DNA of 52,608 bases from a virus (lineage: Duplodnaviria; Caudoviricetes): positions 1 through 52,608 of the IMG/VR virus record IMGVR_UViG_3300020182_000048. The stretch is one strand, 5' to 3'. The notes under the pieces are model-generated. The model did no database searches, was not told where the DNA came from, and saw nothing but the letters and a program-made list of their open reading frames with translations. The position numbers and the translations under genes were made by a program. This document shows, in pieces, positions 43,869 to 52,608 of the stretch. Position 1 is the stretch's first letter. The number at the start of each line of letters is the position of its first letter.

Positions 43869-46800
43869 ATGCCAAGATTTACATACCTAATAAACGACAC
43901 TAAAGAAGTATTTGAGGATTACGATAGCTTAATTGCGCGCTTAAAGAAAGCGGATGAAATGGGTTGGTCAGTTAAAGAATTAACGGAAGGCGAAGACGAA
44001 GAAGTTGAAGACAGCACTGATGTTAGCCGTGCTCCCGCAGAGGAATCCATGATTGAAAAAATTGATTCTCCAAATTTTGGGGAAGACCTTGCGACGAGTG
44101 CAAGCGAAGGGTCGGATGTGTTTGCACAACCAGAATTGGAATCCAGCTCGGAAGATACTTCTTTGGATTTACCCGCTGTAACCATAGATGATATAGAATC
44201 TGAGGCGGAAAAAAATGAGGTAATAAATTTGGAAGCTTTACAAGGGCTGCTAGGGGGAGACGAAGATAGAGTCAAGGAAGCTATGCAAGCTATAGCTAGA
44301 ACTCCTAACATGAGCTTAAATATTACTGACTATAACCAGAAGGAAAAAACGAGCAGTAGAAATGCAACTCTTTCTTATACTAACCCTGATACAGGAGACA
44401 TAGATGAGACTTTTGATCTAAGAATACAGGGAAGAGATTTAAGTAAGACAGAAATGTCAGAAAAAGCAAAAGAGCTCAGAAAGTTCTTAAACAGATATGC
44501 TGACTCAAATGCTTTAACAGCAATGGGTGATCAAGCGGAGACTATGCTAGGTAGTGCTAACTTAAACCCCACAGAGCAAGAAATAACGGAGGCGTTACCC
44601 CCTAAGGAATCGATGTTTGAGCCACAAACAAAACAGCGCTTCACTCAAAAAAACAAGTATTCATCAACGGGAGAAATAGAGGAATTTGATGTGTACCCCT
44701 ATGACGCCGAGCTAGAGGCAAAGCGGAACCAGCTAATAAGTGAGGGCTCCGACTTGGGTGTTGATGAGTTAATCGCAAAAAGCAAGGATATGGTCTATGC
44801 AGACCTAAAAGAAGCTAAACGCCAGGAGCTACTTACGCAAAAAACGGAACAGTATCTTTCGGATAACATTGATAAAAGAAGCGTTGCTACCTTAGGCGGT
44901 GCTGTAGCGAAAACAAAAAAGTTTAAAGCATGGGCAGCAAAAGAGGCTGTAGTTATAGCTAACACAAATAGCTCAGTTGCAAAAACAAAAAACCTAGCAT
45001 TAGCTTCACGATATGCCGAAGGAACCGTACAGGCTGCGGAATTAAAAATTAACGGACAAACCGTAATGCTCGGGGATTTAAGTGACGGTTCTCCAGTTTT
45101 AACCTACGAAACAGGCGTTCAAATAACACAGCAACAAAAAGATATCTTAGATAGCGAGCAGGTTGAATTAAATGCTTCTCTTGAAGCGTTTGCTCCGCTA
45201 ATGCAAGACCTTAATGAAACAGGTAAGAAGCTAGGAGACATGGACGCGCAGCTAAAGGCAGCTGGATTGAACTTTAGTATACTAGACAAATCGGCGAGCA
45301 CCTTGGTTACTGGATTAGGTAGCATAGGAGTGAGTTTAGGCATGTTTGGTATCAAGACAATAAACCTAATGAATTACGGGTCAGAAGTTTTAACCGGGCA
45401 AGTAGGTGCTGAAAATAGATTTCTTAGAACAGAGGAGGCCCTGGACGAATGGGGATCACAATATTCTGAATTTAAAGAAGATATCAGGGGCCAATACGTA
45501 AGAGATCTTAGTGTTGGTGAAGGATTTTCTAGCGGCAAAAACTTTGCTAAATTTGTAGCGCAAGAAATAGCTACGCAAGCGCCCGTACTCATTGCCATGG
45601 CCGCATCAGGAGGCACGTTAGCACCTTACATTGTAGGAGCCTGGACAGCTGGTGAAAAAATGATGGATATAGCATACGAGAATTCCTTAATGACGTCTAG
45701 CGAAAGAACAGGTGCTTTTGAGGCTTATGCAAAAGCAATCGGTGTTGGCTTAGCCAATGGAGTGTTTACCGGTTTGACAACAAACCCTATACTTCAGAAT
45801 GGTATGAAGATGTTTAAGGGTAACACGAAAAAAGATTTCTTATTAAATTTAAACGATTACTGGAAGTTAAACTGGAAAAGGAATCTTGTTTATGATAATG
45901 CCTTAGAACTTTCAGGTGAATTAGCCACTAACGTTGTGGAGAACGCTATAGACGGTAGACCTATATTTGAAAATGCGGATCATGTTGCAGTAAGCAGCCT
46001 AGGATTCTCATTTGCTTTTTCCGGCTTGCCATTCTTGCAAGGAGCAGGTATACGTGCATTATCTCCTCGTAAAACTACAATAGACTTAGATAATCGCCAG
46101 AAGAAAATATTTGATCTAGAGGCAGCTTATGCGGCTGTAGACAAGAGAACAGTTGCTGGCAAGGAAATAAGAACACAGCTAGAGGCCTTGAAGGTTGTGC
46201 AGGGTAGAGAAATAGCTAAAGCAGAGCAAAAAGCTCAAAACGGCATATCTATATTAGGGGCACGAGGGGTTCAAGCGACCACAAAAACAATAAACGAAGC
46301 TAAAGAAAAAGCGTCAAACATTGTTAATGATCCTACGCTTACCTACAAGCAAAAAGAGGCTGCACTAGAAAAAATACAGAATGACTTTATAGTTGCGAAA
46401 AGCACTCAAGAAGCCTACCTATCTAGCGCGTTTAGAGACGAATTTATTTTGCTAGAAGCTACAGACCCAGATGGTTATCAAGGCTACATGGATCAAGCTA
46501 TGAATGAGCTAAATGCTTATGTTGTAACCGATCAGGTTAAGCAAAAAGCTTCAGACTTATACAACGCTAAACTAATAAGAGACAAATTTGCCGTTAACGG
46601 GAAGAAGGTTAACTCTAGAGCCATGTTGTTTGAAACTACAAAAGAAGCTATAGCGGAAGTAGAGAAGATGGCAAAGGCTGGTGAAATCACACCCGAGGAA
46701 AAAGCAGATATAATTGCAAACCTAAAGAAAGGAGCCGGAGGTGTTAACATCAAGATAGGTAAGACCGACAAAAACGGTGAGTTCACCTACTCTTTAGATG

Positions 46801-49800
46801 CAGACGGGGATAGTGTTACAACCCCTATAGCTATTATAGAAAGCCAGCTTGCGGAACAAAAAATAGGTGTTATGGAACACGAGCTGAGCCACGGGGTAAT
46901 GGATAAGATTTTTGCAAACGCTCCAGAAAAGCTTGCGGCTATGGCTGATCAGATTGAACTTTGGATGCAAAAAAATCAGGCAGGGCTTAATTTAAAAATA
47001 CAAAATCAGCTAAGTCCATACATGGTCGATTACACTAAAAGGATTGACAAGGCTGCTACGAAAGAAGAAAAATTAAGTCTTGAAAAAGAATTGCAGAGTA
47101 TTATTGCAAACGAATATATGGCTAACTTTTTTGAGCTAGTTGGTGGAGGAAAAGGAATGGATCCTCTAGCCCCTGGCAACCAGGCGTTCATGGGACTTAG
47201 TGGCTACATGCTACAAGATTTAGCTGGAAAAGATTATAATTTTGATTTCAGAGGCCCTGATGATTTTGTTGCGTTTGCCGCTTCAATAGCCAAAGGAATT
47301 AAAGAAGGAACAGTAAACATAAACAGGTTAGGCGATTTAAAAAAGCAGGTGGATAAAATAGCTGCTGATAAGACAGACGGCAAGGCAGCAACTCCCGCTA
47401 CTAGGCTCTCTAAGCCGCTACAAGACAAATTTGACGAGGCAGAAGAGGCTTTAAACGATGCCGAGGACATGTTTAATCTAGACCCGGACAATCCAACACT
47501 TCAAAAAGCTGTTGAGGACGCACAGAAAACCTATGATTTAGCGGAAGCCGCTTTAGATGAGGGGGTAGACGCTGTTCCAGAAGCAACCGCCGCAACAAAC
47601 GAACCTGTTAAAAAAGAAAAAATAGTTAGGCCTAAGGCTGACAAAAGCAAAAGAAAATACTCTTTAGACACGGAAGTAAAGAAAGAAATAGAGCCTAAAA
47701 TAGCCGAAGTACAAGCTATTAATAAGGTAATAAAGGAAGAAGAAAAAAGACTTAATGCTGAGGCTAAAAAAGCTATAGAAGATAAGCCTGAAACCGGGGA
47801 TGTAACTAGAACGTCTAAGGAAGAAGAATTAGTAGCACTTAAGGAAAACCCTATAACTATTAACGCAAATAACAGCCCTGATATAATCAAACAAGCTGCT
47901 AGACGAGATAAACTACAGAACGAAATAGTTAAGGCTTTAGACGTGCCCTTAAGCAAGGCTGCGCGATTGTTTACCAATGTTTTCTACAACAAAATATCCG
48001 AAAACGCTAAGCAAGCAACAAGCAGGGAAGATTACTTGGCGTCTGCAAAAGCCAACCTAACGGTTATGACTATCAATGAGTTTAAACCTGAAACTATTAA
48101 TAGGAAAGGCGAAAACGTTATTAATGACATCGAGGATATTATATTCCAAAGAGGAGGACTTAGAGCTGTAAAATTTGCAGAAGATCTTGGGGTTGTAGGT
48201 AAAGACCAGGGGACTTCAAGAGGAGCAGAGGCATTAGTAAAAATAGCGTCGAATGATACTGAATTCGAGTTTGAAACTAAAGATTCTAAAAAACCAGAAA
48301 AGAAATTAGTTAGCGGATTTAAAGGCGAAGTTAGAAGGCCTAGCGCTTTGCTAGCGAACGAAGCACTCAAAGCACAGGCTAAAGCTAAAATTTTAGAATT
48401 TTGGGAAAAGAACAGGGGTAACAAAAAAGTAGAAAACTTTAAAAACTTACCGGTTGTTATTGATTCCATACTAGCAGAAATATACGGTATTAGCGAAGGA
48501 ACTTTAACTGCGAGGTCCGGTAACTTTAACAAGGAAACATACAAAAGTGCAATTACAGCTTTTACTGCAAAGCAAGCTGTATTCAGAACGGAAGTAAATG
48601 GAGAAATGACAGAGGTAAGAGTGCCTTATGATCAAAGAGACTCTAAGCTAGCGGAATTAGAAGCAAAAGCTAAAGAGGATTCTAACTTTACTTTTGAAGA
48701 ATACTCACCAGAGTCTAGGGCAGAAGGTATATTAAGATTTTTACCAGAACTTAGCGTTCCTGAATACAAATACTTTAGCGGCAAAAGAGGTAGAAGCGCG
48801 GGTATGTCAACAGGAATGGGTAGAAATTTTACAGCCCTTGCTTACTTAGTTACAGGCAGAAGAACTCAAGCACAAGGAAATTTAGAAGGCGAAATTCAAA
48901 AAATATCTCGGGACGAATTGCTAGAAGCGATAGGAGCTATTGATGACGGCAATGGAAATGCGGTGCCAGATGTAGCAAAAGCTAAAGAAGCAGGTAAGGC
49001 AATAAACAAAATGCCGGGAGCGCAGACCTTACTGAGTTTGATAAAGCTTGAGGGTCGTATGATAGCGAACGAAATGAGTAGGGAATTTGGTAACCTAGAC
49101 CCTATGACATTGCTGGACATTGAAATGGGTAAAAACCCAACTATGTACTCCAAAAGCATAACGAATTTTGGTGGAGTAGAGGCTATGCTTAACATGGCTA
49201 ATGTAAACTACGATTCAGCTACTAATGCTCAATTATCCGTAGAAGTGCTAAATCATTTAAAAGGCAAATTTGCAAAATATCCTATAAGTGCCGCTGATGT
49301 TTTTAAAGCAACCGATACTTACCTTAGAAAAGAATTTGATGTCCAAGTTGGCAGAATTTTTGCAGATGAAGTTTTTAACGATTTTATAGGAAAAACAGAT
49401 CTTACTCCAGATCAAACCAAAAAGCTTATTAATAGCTCATACGGAAAAGCCCTTGGAACGGCATTTGACTATATACTCCGAGATAGAGGATACAACAAGC
49501 TTACCGCTGCACTTAAAGCTCTTGGCGATAAACTTAGTACTGCTGACATAGTAGAATTTATTGAGTTTTACGGCAGAGGAATCCGAGACGCGAAGGTTGA
49601 TGGAATAATAACAAACAAAGATCTATACAATAGCTTAGCCGAAAAGCTAGGTATAACACCCAAGGAACTAAAAACAAAGTACGGTGTAGAGTTGGCAAAG
49701 GAGACTAGATACCGTGTAAAAAAGAAAGGAGAGAAAGCTACTGAACAAGAGGTTTTTGTAATAAAAAAACCAGGTAGTGATAATAAATTAAAAGGCATCT

Positions 49801-52608
49801 TCAAAACAACCACAATTGAAGACATAAAAAAGGTAAGAACGCAAAGCAACGAAAGAATAGATGGCATGGCGGCTACCATGGCTAGCGATACTAAGAAAAA
49901 TAGGGATTTTGTTAAAAAAATAGTAACGGATTCTAAACAAGCATATCTAGCCGCAGGTAAAAACAAGGTTAAGCAACAAGAGATTTTTTTAGAAGCAAAA
50001 GCAAAACTTCTTCTTTTATCTGGCGGACAACTTACTCCTATGCGCAAAATGTATAACCTTAAAAACGTTTATAAAACCAAAGCAGCATCAATGCTTGAGC
50101 ATGAGATCTCTTTAGGTGTAATGAGGCAAGCTTTATACGATTACATTTCCGCTAAAAAGAATTTTGATATAGATGCTTATTTTAGTGAATTGTATGTGAA
50201 CATAATTCCTGTAGAGGCTAACGCTGTTTTAGATCGCGATGGAGATAGCACACGCTATGATAAGGAACCCGACGGCAAAGGCAAAGGTGGCTTTAAAAAC
50301 AAAGTTAAAGGGCTAAAGTTTTACAACGCTCAAGAAAAACGACAAAGAACCGCAGACAACAATTTTTATTCTTTGCCTTTGAATTTAAGGCAAAAAGGTC
50401 TTACAGTGGAACAATCTTTAAAAGCGGTTGAAAACTTTGATAAAGCAATAAATTTAGGAAATAGTCTCGACAGACCAAGAAGAGGTATTAGCGTTTGGGA
50501 TTTTGACGATACATTGGCAACAACTAAAAGCAACGTGTTATACACAATGCCTGACGGAACTAAAGGTAAATTAGATGCATCGAGATTTGCGAAAGAAGGG
50601 GATACATTTTTAGCTAACGGCGCTGAATTTGATTTTAGTGAATTTAGCAAAGTGATGAGTGGAGCTAAAGGCCCGTTCTTTAATAAGGCTGTAGATAGAA
50701 ACAAAAAGTTTGGCAACAAAGACGTGTACATATTAACCGCTCGCCCGGCTAATAGTGCCAATGCTATACATGAATTCCTCAAGGGTATTGGTCTTGACAT
50801 ACCACTTGCTAACATTACCGGGCTTGCAAGCTCAGATCCACAAGCTAAGGCTAATTGGGTTGTAGGTAAATTTGCAGAAGGCTACAACGACTTTTACTTT
50901 GCAGACGATCACGTAGGTAATGTGGCTGCGGTAGGCGATGCACTTTCTAGATTAGACGACGTGCAAAGTAAGGTTGAACTTGCTAAAGCAACTAGATATT
51001 CTAAAAAAATACGTGCAGAATACAGCACAATACTCGATAAGCTACGGGGAGGTGATGTAATAGAAGGCAATAAAGTGTTTTCGGCAGAGCAGCAAATAGA
51101 CGACGTATTCGACTGGGTTAAGAGTTTAGATATACCAGAAAAAAATCAAGCTAAATACAAAAAGGCTGCTTTAAACTTTGTAGCAAAAAGCCCTACTAAT
51201 TTTCCTGTTGACGCTGAAATTGTAGGTGAAGCTATAAGAATAGCCGAGCTAAAAAAGCTAAACGTAATGGACTTTAGCAATCCTCGCGACATTATAGATA
51301 AATTTGCAGGAGAAGTTAAGGCTAAGCGATTAGACCCTAATAAAGAAAAGCAATTTTTTAATAAAAAATCTTTACCTGAGGGGGTAGAAACATTTCAAAT
51401 AATGCCTACTCGTAGAGGGCAGCAGGCTGTTAGAAGAATATTGGATACTCATTGGGGTAAAAAAACTAACCCTTGGTGCGTAACGGCGCAAAAAAACGCA
51501 TACACCCCAGCAGAACAAAAAGAACGAAAAGAAAACCCACCTGGTATTCCTATTGGAACTACAGTTAAGGTTACGTACGAAGCTATAGTGAATGCTGGGG
51601 TTGTGGAAGACTATATAACATTTGATAACCTAGGCAACCGAGTGGAGGACGTTATGTTTGATTTTATTGGCAATTTAAAGCCAGGATGGGTTGCGGGAAA
51701 AGCAGAATACGACAGCACAGATCCTAACGATCAATGGGTAATAGACAGGGAAAATGAACAAGACTTTAACGAAGAATTAGCTACAGCCAAAGCCGAAGGA
51801 TACACTATAAGAGAGGGAAGCTATGATACTAGCCAGGATAATTTTTATGTTCAAATGGAGCGCAACAACGATCCCGAAGTAAACAGGGTTCAAAAATACG
51901 TTGCTTACTACAAAACTAAAGACCCAAACATGACTCAAAAGGAGTTTGATAACGGACCCGCTAAAGGGGGGACGGTTACAAACCCGGAAATAGAACCTAC
52001 TGGCCCAATTGAATTAACTCCTCAGTCTTTTCGAATGTGGGAAAACTACGGCAAACCTATCAATCCAAATCAGTTGTTTGACATGGGTGTAATTAGCGCT
52101 ACTGAATTTGCTAATGAAAATACCGTAGATGTAGTTGATGACGGTGGGTTTGAAATAGCATTTAAAGACGGTAAATTACTGGGCCTTAAAAACCTTGGAG
52201 GTAGCAAACAAAAGTGGTTTGACCGCATGGATCATGGTACAAAAGATTTAGCTTTAAAAGTGCCTAGAGACCCTAAGGGTAAAATCAATGGATCATCTAC
52301 TATGATGAATACCGATTCAGGTAGAGTCTTTAGTAGAAATTATACGACTAAGTACTCTAAAAAACTTGAAGGAGATATTAACTTTTTAACAAATGAGTTG
52401 TCTACAAAGGGCGAGGCTTTACCTGGGCAAACACTAAACGCTGATCAACAGCCAAAAGCAGTTAAAGATGTTATTAATACTCTCGATGTTAAAAGTAAAA
52501 CACAACAAAGCCGTATAAGATACAGTAAAGCTTTAGACGAGGAATTTAACAAGATAATAGAGCAAGAATCCGGTATAGAAGCATTTAAAGAGTACAAGTC
52601 GGTTAAAG
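43869..52608 (+). CDS. Giant virion polyprotein (>2900 aa, truncated at window end) with zincin and HAD domains
   Basis: ATG at 43869 (MPRFTYLIND...); same frame read at 46878 (HELSH), 50499 (DFDDT) and the window end; absent from the ORF track, consistent with no stop codon. Confidence 0.85.
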   Translation, partial: MPRFTYLINDTKEVFEDYDSLIARLKKADEMGWSVKELTEGEDEEVEDSTDVSRAPAEESMIEKIDSPNFGEDLATSASEGSDVFAQPELESSSEDTSLDLPAVTIDDIESEAEKNEVINLEALQGLLGGDEDRVKEAMQAIARTPNMSLNITDYNQKEKTSSRNATLSYTNPDTGDIDETFDLRIQGRDLSKTEMSEKAKELRKFLNRYADSNALTAMGDQAETMLGSANLNPTEQEITEALPPKESMFEPQTKQRFTQKNKYSSTGEIEEFDVYPYDAELEAKRNQLISEGSDLGVDELIAKSKDMVYADLKEAKRQELLTQKTEQYLSDNIDKRSVATLGGAVAKTKKFKAWAAKEAVVIANTNSSVAKTKNLALASRYAEGTVQAAELKINGQTVMLGDLSDGSPVLTYETGVQITQQQKDILDSEQVELNASLEAFAPLMQDLNETGKKLGDMDAQLKAAGLNFSILDKSASTLVTGLGSIGVSLGMFGIKTINLMNYGSEVLTGQVGAENRFLRTEEALDEWGSQYSEFKEDIRGQYVRDLSVGEGFSSGKNFAKFVAQEIATQAPVLIAMAASGGTLAPYIVGAWTAGEKMMDIAYENSLMTSSERTGAFEAYAKAIGVGLANGVFTGLTTNPILQNGMKMFKGNTKKDFLLNLNDYWKLNWKRNLVYDNALELSGELATNVVENAIDGRPIFENADHVAVSSLGFSFAFSGLPFLQGAGIRALSPRKTTIDLDNRQKKIFDLEAAYAAVDKRTVAGKEIRTQLEALKVVQGREIAKAEQKAQNGISILGARGVQATTKTINEAKEKASNIVNDPTLTYKQKEAALEKIQNDFIVAKSTQEAYLSSAFRDEFILLEATDPDGYQGYMDQAMNELNAYVVTDQVKQKASDLYNAKLIRDKFAVNGKKVNSRAMLFETTKEAIAEVEKMAKAGEITPEEKADIIANLKKGAGGVNIKIGKTDKNGEFTYSLDADGDSVTTPIAIIESQLAEQKIGVMEHELSHGVMDKIFANAPEKLAAMADQIELWMQKNQAGLNLKIQNQLSPYMVDYTKRIDKAATKEEKLSLEKELQSIIANEYMANFFELVGGGKGMDPLAPGNQAFMGLSGYMLQDLAGKDYNFDFRGPDDFVAFAASIAKGIKEGTVNINRLGDLKKQVDKIAADKTDGKAATPATRLSKPLQDKFDEAEEALNDAEDMFNLDPDNPTLQKAVEDAQKTYDLAEAALDEGVDAVPEATAATNEPVKKEKIVRPKADKSKRKYSLDTEVKKEIEPKIAEVQAINKVIKEEEKRLNAEAKKAIEDKPETGDVTRTSKEEELVALKENPITINANNSPDIIKQAARRDKLQNEIVKALDVPLSKAARLFTNVFYNKISENAKQATSREDYLASAKANLTVMTINEFKPETINRKGENVINDIEDIIFQRGGLRAVKFAEDLGVVGKDQGTSRGAEALVKIASNDTEFEFETKDSKKPEKKLVSGFKGEVRRPSALLANEALKAQAKAKILEFWEKNRGNKKVENFKNLPVVIDSILAEIYGISEGTLTARSGNFNKETYKSAITAFTAKQAVFRTEVNGEMTEVRVPYDQRDSKLAELEAKAKEDSNFTFEEYSPESRAEGILRFLPELSVPEYKYFSGKRGRSAGMSTGMGRNFTALAYLVTGRRTQAQGNLEGEIQKISRDELLEAIGAIDDGNGNAVPDVAKAKEAGKAINKMPGAQTLLSLIKLEGRMIANEMSREFGNLDPMTLLDIEMGKNPTMYSKSITNFGGVEAMLNMANVNYDSATNAQLSVEVLNHLKGKFAKYPISAADVFKATDTYLRKEFDVQVGRIFADEVFNDFIGKTDLTPDQTKKLINSSYGKALGTAFDYILRDRGYNKLTAALKALGDKLSTADIVEFIEFYGRGIRDAKVDGIITNKDLYNSLAEKLGITPKELKTKYGVELAKETRYRVKKKGEKATEQEVFVIKKPGSDNKLKGIFKTTTIEDIKKVRTQSNERIDGMAATMASDTKKNRDFVKKIVTDSKQAYLAAGKNKVKQQEIFLEAKAKLLLLSGGQLTPMRKMYNLKNVYKTKAASMLEHEISLGVMRQALYDYISAKKNFDIDAYFSELYVNIIPVEANAVLDRDGDSTRYDKEPDGKGKGGFKNKVKGLKFYNAQEKRQRTADNNFYSLPLNLRQKGLTVEQSLKAVENFDKAINLGNSLDRPRRGISVWDFDDTLATTKSNVLYTMPDGTKGKLDASRFAKEGDTFLANGAEFDFSEFSKVMSGAKGPFFNKAVDRNKKFGNKDVYILTARPANSANAIHEFLKGIGLDIPLANITGLASSDPQAKANWVVGKFAEGYNDFYFADDHVGNVAAVGDALSRLDDVQSKVELAKATRYSKKIRAEYSTILDKLRGGDVIEGNKVFSAEQQIDDVFDWVKSLDIPEKNQAKYKKAALNFVAKSPTNFPVDAEIVGEAIRIAELKKLNVMDFSNPRDIIDKFAGEVKAKRLDPNKEKQFFNKKSLPEGVETFQIMPTRRGQQAVRRILDTHWGKKTNPWCVTAQKNAYTPAEQKERKENPPGIPIGTTVKVTYEAIVNAGVVEDYITFDNLGNRVEDVMFDFIGNLKPGWVAGKAEYDSTDPNDQWVIDRENEQDFNEELATAKAEGYTIREGSYDTSQDNFYVQMERNNDPEVNRVQKYVAYYKTKDPNMTQKEFDNGPAKGGTVTNPEIEPTGPIELTPQSFRMWENYGKPINPNQLFDMGVISATEFANENTVDVVDDGGFEIAFKDGKLLGLKNLGGSKQKWFDRMDHGTKDLALKVPRDPKGKINGSSTMMNTDSGRVFSRNYTTKYSKKLEGDINFLTNELSTKGEALPGQTLNADQQPKAVKDVINTLDVKSKTQQSRIRYSKALDEEFNKIIEQESGIEAFKEYKSVK

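Noticed and set aside
46790-50245. DADGD (~46797) and DRDGD (~50232) in the giant ORF as an RNA polymerase catalytic motif
   Set aside because: Neither has the (N/G)xDFDxD context; DFDDT at 50499 is HAD motif I. An RNAP domain beyond the window edge cannot be excluded.
11996-50815. Many minus-strand ORFs in the late arm, and plus-strand ORFs in the early arm
   Set aside because: They are antisense shadows of well-supported genes and have unnatural S/L/F-rich composition.
1-52608. Stop-codon reassignment as in some crAss-like phages
   Set aside because: Long genes are intact in code 11, and both TAG and TGA end genes at sensible boundaries.

Overview
This window is a ~52.6 kb piece of a lytic dsDNA phage genome, most likely a podovirus-like phage related to Crassvirales that infects Bacteroidota. 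The host is inferred from A-rich start contexts without Shine-Dalgarno sites and from host-like exported and BspA-type proteins. It has two divergent arms. (1) Positions 1-10.3 kb, minus strand: an early region of about 35 small genes, including a sigma70-like factor, a KTSC-domain protein, a DenV-like glycosylase, a SAM-lyase-like protein and many acidic or very short peptides. It carries 13 copies of a tripartite promoter-like motif (TGCAGAC-N4-YACG-N10-GATAATA). (2) Positions 10.6-52.6 kb, plus strand: fibres, GroEL/GroES, an M15 endolysin, a holin, a head-spike pair, terminase, portal, scaffold, major capsid protein, ring and muzzle proteins, ejection proteins, and an open-ended virion polyprotein of more than 2900 aa with zincin and HAD domains. 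Several genes in this arm sit behind a second motif (AGYTTK-N12-GTRATTATAT). The most unusual signals are non-coding. There is a cluster of T-loop RNAs at 2693-2961: one D-armless tRNA-like element plus two tandem copies of an unrecognised multi-stem RNA with compensatory changes. A 10-bp box, TGCTATACRC, occurs 13 times and flips orientation around a phased-repeat non-coding region at 7.6-7.9 kb. There are also promoter-micro-ORF cassettes sharing a conserved 3' element, and a pair of paralogous 21-aa peptides. All family calls come from motif recognition by eye; no database searches were run.
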